Below, one piece after another: positions 1 to 8,684 of a stretch of 14,922 nt of DNA (its first letter is position 1; each line of letters begins with the position of its first letter). Source of the stretch: Macrostomum lignano (Eukaryota); NCBI GenBank assembly GCA_002269645.1, contig NIVC01005261.1:1-14922 (forward strand), read 5' to 3'. The notes beneath the pieces are model-generated. The model was not told where the DNA came from. It did no database searches and was given only the letters and a program-made list of their open reading frames with translations. The position numbers were made by a program, and so were the translations under genes.

Positions 1-311
1 TGAAGTTTTGAGCTCATGAAGTTTCTGAGCTCAATAAAGTTCGAACTCATGAAGTTTTGAGCTCATAAAGTTCGAACTCATGAAGTTTTGAGCTCATAAA
101 GTTCGAACTCATGAAGTTTTGAGCTCATAAAGTTCGAACTCATGAAGTTTTGAGCTCATGAAGTTTTGAGCTCATAAAGTTCGAACTCATGAAGTTTTGA
201 GCTCATGAAGTTTTGAGCTCATAAAGTTCGAACTCATGAAGTTTTGAGCTCATAAAGTTCGAACTCATGAAGTTTTGAGCTCATAAAGTTCGAGCTCATG
301 AAGTTTTGAGC
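1..311. repeat. Tandem array of a 31-bp unit made of 16-nt (GAAGTTTTGAGCTCAT) and 15-nt (AAAGTTCGAACTCAT) subunits; runs off the window start
   Basis: Read directly. The subunits mostly alternate, with occasional doubled 16-mers. Contains the palindromes TGAGCTCA, AGTTCGAACT and TCATGA. Confidence 0.95.
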
Positions 312-724
312 TTGTCAAAGCGACCCATAGTAATTGAATATTGAATAATTATTTGGACAATGAACGATACAAAAAAGTCTACCGCGGACACAAATCCATC
401 ATCTATGCTTGCATTCTGAGCAAAAGAGACACAGCACAGAAGCGCATAAAAATAATTATTGGCAATTTGATATTTAAAACTAGCCAAAAATAGCTACTTG
501 CAGTAATATTTTAACTGACACAGTGCGGAAGGGCCAGGCTCACTGTGCGAGCAGTACAACCAAAAGCCATGTACAACAGAATTTGCCATCTGATATGAAT
601 ATTCGCATCGCACTACTGCCCACACCCCGGCGATGCCAGTAGCAAAATTGGAACATAAAATAAACAGAAAAATCCTTGAACGAACAGCTGTGCTCTGCAG
701 GAAAATTAGCAAAGCATTAGGCAT
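296..724 (-). other. Possible claudin/PMP22-like membrane-protein reading frame, interrupted by one stop
   Basis: ORFs 494..724 and 296..487 are in the same frame, separated by a TAG at 494..496. A hydrophobic segment is followed by W-x17-GFW-x2-C-x10-C, which resembles the claudin-superfamily first extracellular loop. It is AT-rich, unlike the other exons, and no fourth TM segment is evident. Confidence 0.2.
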
Positions 725-1070
725 AAAATATCACAAAATCAACGGACAAGACTTTATTACACTCTGAGGAAATGTTTATGTGTAAGCATATAACAGTTAT
801 GGTAAAATTCTTGGATAACTATGATGCGAGGAAAAATAATGCGACAAATTAAAAAAGCGGACTTAGAAACTACGAGACAGACAAGCAGTTAAACAAAAAA
901 TATGCTAATTAGCCGAATGAAATTTAAATAATTAATCAACAGAACTCAATTATCTGAGTTATTCATTCAGCCATTCAGGCTACTGGAAATTAAAGTAACA
1001 ACGTTTAAAGCTAACTAGATAAAAGAGGAACTTGTGGACTGTGGGATTAAACTCTCCTTTTCTTCCCAGT

Positions 1071-1862
1071 CCCCTTCCTCCTACCATATCTACCTTTCTC
1101 CCCTCTACCCTATCTACCTCTCTCACCTCTACCCTATCTACCTCTCTCCCCTTTACCCTATCTACCTCTCTCCCCTCTACCCTATCTACCTCTCTCCCCT
1201 CTACCCTATCTACATCTTTCCCCTCTACCCTATCTACCTCTCTCCCCTTTACCCTATCTACATCTCTCCCCTCTACCCTATCTACCTCTCTCCCCTCTAC
1301 CCTATCTACCTCTCTCCCCTCTACCCTATCTACCTCTCTCCCCTTTACCCTATCTACCTCTCTCCCCTCTACCCTATCTACCTCTCTCCCCTCTACCCTA
1401 TCTACCTCTCTCCCCTTTACCCTATCTACCTCTTTCCCCTCTACCTTATCTACCTCTCTCACCTCTACCTTATCTACCTGTCTCCCTTCAGCCTTATCTA
1501 CCTGTCTCCCTTCAGCCTTATCTACCTGTCTCCCTTCAGCCTTATCTACCTGTCTCCCTTCAGCCTTATCTACCTGTCTCCCTTCAACCTTATCTACCTG
1601 TCTCCCTTCAGCCTTATCTACCTGTCTCCCTTCAGCATTATCTACCTGTCTCCCTTCAACCTTATCTACCTGTCTCCCTTCAGCCTTATATACCTCTCCC
1701 CCCTCTACCTTATCTACCTGTCTCCCTTCAGCCTTATCTACCTCTCCCCCCTCTACCTTATCTACCTGTCTCCCTTCAGCCTTATCTACCTGTCTCCCTT
1801 CAGCCTTATCTACCTCTCCCCCCTCTACCTTATCTACTTTTGCCTCTACCTTATCTACCTTA
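1071..1862. repeat. 24-bp minisatellite, about 33 copies, with two sub-types (CTACCCTATCTACCTCTCTCCCCT then CAGCCTTATCTACCTGTCTCCCTT)
   Basis: Read directly. The sub-type switches near 1480. It produces the spurious ORFs 980..1462, 1032..2237 and 1034..1996. Confidence 0.95.
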
Positions 1863-1918
1863 TTTATAAGAAATCATTGCAATCGCATCGAATCCCGAAA
1901 ACTCAATGGACTACAAAA

Positions 1919-2544
1919 TCACACAGCCTTGACAGCTCCGATACGTGTGGCGGGATTCGAACTCGCAACCTCAGCCGAAGTGGCCGGTGCGGCTGAAGGC
2001 GCCGCGGCGGCGGCGGGGACGCCGCCAGCCTCCTCGGCCAGCAGACGGCGTCGGGCCTCGTCCAGGCGGGACAAACTGGCCGAGCGGGCCCGCTTGTCCG
2101 ACTTGGCCGGTGCGGCCGCGCCAGCGTCCTCAGCCGTTGGTCTCGAACCCGGGACCACAGCAGCAGCTGGAGCGAGAACATCAACGGGCGGCCGATGCCA
2201 AAGCTGGGCGGCGCCGAGGTGGTGGGCAGGCGGCTGAGGACGGGCTTGGGCTTGTCGGTAGTCGCACGCCGATGATGGGCAGAATCTCCGACATCTTCTT
2301 GAAGTAGTCCTTGTGACCGCCGATCATCGAGGTGAGGTCCAGGTTGCACATGCGCCTGTCCGACCACTGGACTAGCTGAAGCTGGCCGACATTGTCCGGT
2401 ACATGAACTTCAGGAACCAGTCGGCTGCGGCAGTAGCAGTTCACGATCTTGCCCGACACCACGCGGGCGAACGGGCTCCAGTCTTTGGCCGAGCCGACAC
2501 GGGGGCGCCCAGCAGGTACACGTCCTCGATGATGCCCTCCACAC
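1919..2544 (-). CDS. TMCO4: TMCO4/DUF726 exon 5 (last coding exon), with several frameshifts
   Basis: Acceptor CCCCTCCCCAG|GT at 2545, whose phase matches exon 4. Translation across frames gives GVEGIIEDVYLLGAPVS/GSAKDWSPFARVVSGKIVNCYCRS/DWFLKFMYRTMSASFS/..QWSDRRMCNLDLTSMIGGHKDYFKKMSEILPIIGVR, matching the recalled TMCO4 C-terminal region (IIEDV.LLGAPV, DW.L.F.YRT, DLTS...GH.DY). A tail with GC3-rich codons appears to continue to the TGA at 1919..1921 through further frame changes, so the exact stop is uncertain. Confidence 0.8.
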
Positions 2545-2569
2545 CTGGGGAGGGGAGAGACTCAGATGA

Positions 2570-3143
2570 GTGAGCGGCCTCAAATAGAGAAGTTTGAGTA
2601 GGTTGCCTCAGATACCCGCCTGAAGGATCTGAATGATGGGCTGAGCAGCTTTAGCTACCCGCTAGAAGGATGGGGTGAGCGGCCTCAGATACCCGCCTAA
2701 AGGATGGGGTGAGCGGCCTCAGATACCCGCCTGAAGGATGGGGTGAGCGGCCTCAGATACCCGCCTGAAGGATGGGGTGAGCGGCCTCAGATACCCGTCT
2801 GAAGGATGGGGTGAGCGGCCTCAGATACGCGCCTGAAGGATGGGTGAGCGGCCAAATACCCGCCTGAAGGATGGGGTGAGCGGGCCTCAGATACCCGCCT
2901 GAAGGATGGGGTGAGCGCCTCAGATACCCGCCTGAAGGATGGGGTGAGCGGCCTCAGATACCCGCCTGAAGGATGGGGTGAGCGGGCCTCAGATACCCGC
3001 CTGAAGGATGGGGTGAGCGGCCTCAGATACCGCCTGAAGGATGGGGTGAGCGGCCTCAGATACCCGCCTGAAGGATGGGGTGAGCGGCCTCAGATACCCG
3101 CCTGAAGGATGGGGTGAGCGGCCTCAGATACCCGCCTGAAGGA
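2570..3143. repeat. 34-bp minisatellite (CCTCAGATACCCGCCTGAAGGATGGGGTGAGCGG) in TMCO4 intron 4
   Basis: About 14 near-perfect copies plus degenerate copies on the left. Several units carry 1-nt indels. Confidence 0.95.
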
Positions 3144-3623
3144 AGGGAACCAGCATTTGAAAACAACAATTTTACTAATCCAACAAGCCTGAAATTTAAT
3201 AATACTTTGACAAGTAAAACTAGAAATGAAAACTAAAAACTAAAGACTAATAGAGAAAAGTAAAAATAAGCACACGCGCTTACTACTTAAATAAAATTTA
3301 TTGCGATATTTTATGGTGAAGGAAGTTCTAGCAAAACAACAGTTTGAATATAAGGAAATATAACGCAATAAATGACAACAGAGCCTATTTGTTGCGTAAT
3401 ACTTGACAACATCGAAACAAACACTGAATAAACCGAATGCCTCACCCGCTTCCAGTGGGTCTGCAGTGTTGGTAAATTATAAGCGAATTATCCAGTTTAG
3501 TACATCAATACTTTGAATTTGGACTAAAAAACTGTTTTCATTAAAGTTCTCACCTGGAGAACTCTGGGTTACTGGGGGGTTAGAATCGCCAAGTAGCCAA
3601 CACCAAATAATTGTCAGTGATTT

Positions 3624-4575
3624 CAATCAATCATTCAATCAATGTCTCAAACAAACAAACAAACAAACAATCAATTTACCTGTCAATCAAGCAACCTGTC
3701 AATCAATCAATCAATCAATCAACTAAACAACTTGTCAATTAACTAATCAACCTGTCAACCAATCAATTACATGTAACTAATCAACTTGTCAATCAATCAA
3801 TTAACTAATCAACCTGTCAATCAATGAACTAATCAACCTGTCAATCAATGAACTAATCAACCTATCAATCAATCGATTGACTAAAGAACCTGTCAATCAA
3901 TCAATTAATTAATCAATCTGTCAACCAATCAATTAACTAATCAACCTGTAAATCAAGCAATTAACTAATCAACCTGTCAATCAATTAACTAATCAACCTG
4001 TCAATCAATGAACTAATCAACCTGTCAATCAATGAACTAATCAACCTATCAATCAATCGATTGACTAAAGAACCTGTCAATCAATCAATTAATTAATCAA
4101 TCTGTCAACCAATCAATTAACTAATCAACCTGTAAATCAAGCAATTAACTAATCAACCTGTCAATCAATTAACTAATCAACCTGTCAATCAATGAACTAA
4201 TCAACCTGTCAATCAATGAACTAATCAACCTATCAATCAATCGATTGACTAAAGAACCTGTCAATCAATCAATTAATTAATCAATCTGTCAATCAATCAA
4301 TTGATCAATCAACCAACAAATCAATCAATCAATAATCAGTCAGTCACCAGTCACCAACTGATTAATCAGTCACCAATCAATCAGTCAACGAATGAACCTG
4401 TCAATCAATAAATCAGCAGGTTAATCAATAAATCGATCAATCAAGTACCCGTAGACAGTTAATCAACAAACAAACTAAAAAAAACAAATCAATAAACCGA
4501 CGCATCAATCAATCAATCGAGTAGTGAGTCTATCAACAAATAAATAGTGCACTCAATCAATTTAATCAGTTATTA
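3624..4575. repeat. AATC-rich array (~23-nt monomer AACTAATCAACCTGTCAATCAAT) with a 184-bp higher-order repeat, TMCO4 intron 4
   Basis: The diagnostic word CGATTGACTAAAG recurs at 3874, 4058 and 4242, exactly 184 apart (8 x 23). The flanks decay into AATC/AAAC simple repeats. Confidence 0.9.
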
Positions 4576-4635
4576 AACCAATCGATTAACCCCCTGCCAG
4601 GCAACACATCCAGCCAGCCACTCCGAGACTCTCAC

Positions 4636-4888
4636 CCTTCTTCCTACTCGCCAGCTCCTGCAGGCAGCTGAAGATCAGCTTGGCGCCCATGCTGAAGCCG
4701 ATCAGGGTGACCGGCCGCTGGCCGTACTCCCGGCTCAGCAGCACGTCGGCCAGCACCTTGCCGCCTTCCACAGCCCTGTTGCCGCACACCGACCAGGGGT
4801 TGTCGATTACGTTGGAGGCGGACAGAACCGCGGCTGGCCAGGTGATCGCCGCTAGCAGGCCTGACAGCACCGTCAGCTTCAGCGTTTC
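4636..4888 (-). CDS. TMCO4: TMCO4/DUF726 exon 4, containing the GxSxG lipase-like motif
   Basis: Acceptor CCCGCAG|GAA and donor AAGG|GTGAGA. Intact frame ETLKLTVLSGLLAAITWPAAVLSASNVIDNPWSVCGNRAVEGGKVLADVLLSREYGQRPVTLIGFSMGAKLIFSCLQELASRKK, closely matching recalled TMCO4 (TVLSG..AA.TWP....NVIDNPW; RPVTLIGFSLG). Confidence 0.93.
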
Positions 4889-4914
4889 CTGCGGGTGTTC
4901 ATGGGGTGGCGAGA

Positions 4915-5836
4915 GGACATGAGATTGGTCAGGAAGGGACATGAGATTGGTGAGGAAGGGACATGAGATTGGTGAGGAAGGGACATGAGATTGGTGAGGA
5001 AGGGACATGAGATTGGTCAGGAAGGGACATGAGATTGGTGAGGAAGGGACATGAGATTGGTCACGAAGGGACATGAGATTGGCGGGGAGGGGACATGAGA
5101 TTAATGGGGAGGGGGCATGAGATTAATGGGGAGGGGGCATGAGATTAATGGGAGGGGCATGAGATTAATGGGGAGGGGACATGAGATTAATGGGAGGGGA
5201 CATGAGATTAGTAGGGAGGGGGCATGAGATTAATGGGGAGGGGACATGAGATTAATGGGGAGGGGGCATGAGATTAATGGGGAGGGGGCATGAGATTAAT
5301 GGGGAGGGGGCATGAGATTAATGGGGAGGGGACATGAGATTAATGGGGAGGGGACATGAGATTAGTAGGGAGGGGGCATGAGATTAATGGGGAGGGGACA
5401 TGAGATTGTTAGGGAGGGGACATGAGATTAATGGGGAGGGGACACGAGATTGTTAGGGAGGGACACGAGATTGTTAGGGAGGGGACACGAGATTGTTAGG
5501 GAGGGACACGAGATTGTTAGGGAGGGAACACGAGATTGTTAGGGAGGGACACGAGATTGTTAGGGAGGGAACACGAGATTGTTAGGGAGGGACACGAGAT
5601 TGTTAGGGAGGGGACACGAGATTGTTAGGGAGGGACACGAGATTGTTAGGGAGGGGACACGAGATTGTTAGGGAGGGAACACGAGATTGTTAGGGAGGGA
5701 CACGAGATTGTTAGGGAGGGACACGAGATTGTTAGGGAGGGACACGAGATTGTTAGGGAGGGACACGAGATTGTTAGGGAGGGACACGAGATTGTTAGGG
5801 AGGGCACACGAGATTGTTAGGGAGGGCACACGAGAT
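4915..5836. repeat. 21-23-bp minisatellite in three successive sub-families, filling TMCO4 intron 3
   Basis: GGGACATGAGATTGGT(C/G)AGGAA (~4915-5085), GGGGAGGGG(A/G)CATGAGATTAAT (~5085-5440) and AGGGAGGGACACGAGATTGTT (~5440-5836), sharing the core CA(T/C)GAGATT. Confidence 0.95.
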
Positions 5837-5858
5837 TGGTAAAGCAAGAAGAGCTCAC

Positions 5859-6325
5859 CTGGATAGCGAAGGACTTCAGATAGGACATGAAGTAGTCCAA
5901 CGCCTGGCCCATCTCCTTGAGGTAGCGCGACTCCCAGCAAAGCGCGTACTGCTCGGGGCTCATAGCCAGGGACTGCCAGGGCAGCAGGAAGTCCAGGTCG
6001 CCCTGATCAATCCAGCCCGACACTGCGATGCACAGGTGCAGCTGCGGAGTAGGCGGCGGGGTCAGCTGGACAAACTGGAACTGCGCCAGGCTGCCCACGC
6101 GCTTGCGCATCTTCCAGCCCGTCAGGCCGGCGCCCGCCACGCCGAACACGGAGCCGAGGACGGCCGCGCCTGCCACGGTGCCGATGGCGGCGGCGCCCGC
6201 CCCGCCGATGAATGACGCCGGCGCCGGCGGCCCAGCGGGCAGCCAGTCCGCCCGTCAGGCCGATCAGCAGGCCGCCGCCGACGGCGCTGGCGCCGATTAA
6301 GAAGACGCGGTTCACCTTGCGGCGC
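5859..6325 (-). CDS. TMCO4: TMCO4/DUF726 exon 3 (Gly/Ala-rich TM region), net +1 frameshift near 6205-6235
   Basis: Acceptor CATCTGCAG|G and donor CAG|GTGAGC. RRKVNRVFLIGASAVGGGLLIGLTGGLAA.. switches frame to ..FIGGAGAAAIGTVAGAAVLGSVFGVAGAGLTGWKMRKRVGSLAQFQF..LHLCIAVSGW..PWQSLAMSPEQYALCWESRYLKEMGQAL, matching recalled TMCO4. The exon length of 467 nt is one base more than the flanking phases allow. Confidence 0.88.
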
Positions 6326-6349
6326 CTGCAGATGCGCGGTTGCCATCAA

Positions 6350-7252
6350 CGATATTGGATTTGGTGCCACTGACTCTCTCAATATTGTGGCGCCACGGAC
6401 TCGCAATAGTGTGGCGCCATGGACTGTCTCGATAAGTTGGTGCCACTGACTCTCTCAATATTGTGGCGCCACTGACTGTCTCAATAATGTGGTGCCACCG
6501 ACTTTCTCAATATTGTGGCGCCATTGACTGTCTCGATAAGTTGGCGCCACTGACTGTCTCAATATTGTGGCGCCACTGACTGTCTCAATATTGTGGCGCC
6601 ACTGACTTTCTCAATATTGTGGCGCCACTGACTGTCTCAATATTGTGGCGCCATTGACTGTCTCGATAAGTTGGCGCCACTGACTGTCTCAATATTGTGG
6701 CGCCACTGACTGTCTCAATATTGTGGCGCCACTGACTGTCTCAATATTGTGGCGCCACTGACTGTCTCAATATTGTGGCGCCACTGACTGTCTCAATATT
6801 GTGGCGCCACTGACTGTCTCAATATTGTGGCGCCACTGACTGTCTCAATATTGTGGCGCCACTGACTGTCTCAAAATTGTGGCGCCACTGACTGTCTCAA
6901 TATTGTGGCGCCACTGACTGTCTCAATATTGTGGCGCCACTGACTGTCTCAATATTGTGGCACCACCGACTTTCTCAATGATGTGGCGCCACCGACTCTC
7001 TCAATAACGTGGCGCCACCGACTCTCTCAATAACGTGGCGCCACCGACTCTCTCAATATTGTGGCGCCACTGAATGTCTCAATATTGTGGCGCCAACGAC
7101 TCTCTCAATGATTTGGCGCCACCGACTGTCTCAATGTGGCGCCGACTCTCTCAATAATGTGGCGCCGACTCTCTTAATATTGTGGCGCCACCGACTGTCT
7201 CAATAAGTTGACGCCACTGACTGTATCAATGTGGCGCCACCGACTGTCTCAA
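6350..7252. repeat. 26-bp minisatellite (TTGTGGCGCCACTGACTGTCTCAATA), about 35 copies, filling TMCO4 intron 2
   Basis: Homogeneous core at ~6700-6950 with degenerate flanks. The variant CTCGATAAG recurs at 6428, 6532 and 6662 (steps of 4 and 5 units). Confidence 0.95.
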
Positions 7253-7331
7253 TAATAATAATAACGGTAGCTACGAGCACTCATTCGCGCCTAGCGCGAT
7301 CCAAGTTACGTAACAAGATCTGCAGCATCAC

Positions 7332-7691
7332 CTGTTCCTCTTCATCGCCTCGTCCACCACCTCGGCCTCGCTGGCCGGATCGTTCAACAGCGCGGCAGTC
7401 TTGAGCTCCCACTCCTCCAGCGAGGCCCAGCTGATCCGCATGGCGAAGGCCACGTGCTTCAGCAGGTAGCGAGCCCTGGCGTCGTAGCAGCCTTCGCGCA
7501 GTGCGACGAGCAGGAGGTCCTGCAGCACCATCTCCGGGCAGGCACGGACGGACTCCTCGGTCAGCAGCGCCTCGGCGAACGGCAGCATGGAACAGTCGGC
7601 CTGGCCGTGCCGAAGGATGGCGGTGGCCGAGTTGCGAATCGAATCCGGCCGCTTGTGGAGCACGTCGGCAGGAACTTCTCGGCGGAATTCC
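7332..7691 (-). CDS. TMCO4: TMCO4/DUF726 exon 2
   Basis: Acceptor CTGTCCACAG|G and donor AG|GTGATG, phase 2 at both ends. Contains LQDLLLVALREGCYDARARYLLKHVAFAMRISW, matching the recalled QDLL......G.YDARAR motif. Confidence 0.9.
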
Positions 7692-7699
7692 CTGTGGAC

Positions 7700-8310
7700 A
7701 GGCGGGTGGTGGTGGGGGTCAGAGCGGGAGGCGGTGGTGGGCGGGGTCAGAGCGGGGAGGCGGGTGGTGGGCGGGGTCAGAGCGGGGAGGCGGGTGGTGG
7801 GCGGGGTCAGAGCGGGAGGCGGTGGTGGGCGGGGTCAGAGCGGGGAGGCGGGTGGTGGGCGGGGTCAGAGCGGGGAGGCGGGTGTGGGCGGGGTCAGAGC
7901 GGGGAGGCGGGTGGTGGGCGGGGGTCAGAGCGGGGAGGCGGGTGGTGGCGGGGGGTCAGAGCGGGGAGGCGGGTGGTGGGCGGTGGTCAGAGCGGGGAGG
8001 CGGGTGGTGGGCGGGGTCAGAGCGGGGAGGCGGGTGGTGGGCGGGGTCAGAGCGGGGAGGCGGGTGGTGGGCGGGGGTCAGAGCGGGGAGGCGGTGGTGG
8101 GCGGGGTCAGAGCGGGGAGGCGGGTGGTGGGTGGGGTCAGAGCGGGGAGGCGGGTGGTGGGCGGGGGTCAGAGCGGGGAGGCGGGTGGTGGGCGGGGGTC
8201 AGAGCGGGGAGGCGGTGTGGGCGGGGGTCAGAGCGGGGAGGCGGGTGGTGGGCGGGTCACAGCGGGGAGGCGGGTGGTGGGCGGGGTCAGAGCGGGAGGC
8301 GGGTGGAGGC
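7700..8310. repeat. 30-bp G-rich minisatellite (GCGGGGTCAGAGCGGGGAGGCGGGTGGTGG), about 20 copies, 3' part of TMCO4 intron 1
   Basis: Read directly. Multiple G3-G4 runs per unit make the + strand G-quadruplex-competent. It is the source of the spurious ORFs at 7454-8387. Confidence 0.95.
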
Positions 8311-8342
8311 TAGCGGGTGAGGGTGAGAGTGGGGGGAGTAGG

Positions 8343-8543
8343 CTGAGAGGGCCTGTCAATTCAGCTCATAAAGAGGAGCCCGAGTAACCTATGTATACAA
8401 ATGATATGTCATTCTGCTCAGTGACACCCAGGAAGCTGGGTTTCGTGAATAAGCGATGAAAATTGGACTTGCGATAGAGGAGAGCAAACAAGGGGATAAT
8501 TAGGGACTCCACTTCATGAGCTTAATTTGACAGGCCCTTTCAG
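8343..8543. mobile_element. MITE-like non-coding element of about 200 bp with ~40-bp imperfect terminal inverted repeats
   Basis: Left end CTGAGAGGGCCTGTCAA-TTCAGCTCATAAAGAGGAGCCC aligns with the reverse complement of the right end CTGAAAGGGCCTGTCAAATTAAGCTCATGAAGTGGAGTCC at 34 of 40 columns. There is no coding capacity and no clean target-site duplication. Confidence 0.6.
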
Positions 8544-8684
8544 TAAAGAATAGTGAGATTTAGGGAAACAAATTTGGAGTTGGATGGAAAGATGTGAAAC
8601 TTGAGCAAGGGGAAAGAAGGGAAGAAGGAAGAGAGAAGGGTGAGATTAAGGGTAAGAAGACTGAGATAAAGAGGAAGAAGGGTG

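Noticed and set aside
1032-2237. 401-aa mucin-like (STLSTSLP) plus-strand ORF and overlapping repeat ORFs
   Set aside because: The 24-bp unit is stop-free in several frames, there is no signal peptide or ATG start, and the 3' part is simply antisense to GC-rich TMCO4 exon 5.
6350-7252. CRISPR-like appearance of the palindromic 26-bp repeat (also the 31-bp and 34-bp arrays)
   Set aside because: Units are head-to-tail with no unique spacers, there are no cas genes, and the context is a eukaryotic intron.
7250-7264. (AAT)n tail suggesting a SINE/LINE 3' end
   Set aside because: Only four units, with no Pol III boxes, target-site duplication or element body.
7454-8387. Gly-rich plus-strand ORFs of 266-288 aa
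   Set aside because: They are translations of the 30-mer array plus the antisense of TMCO4 exon 2.
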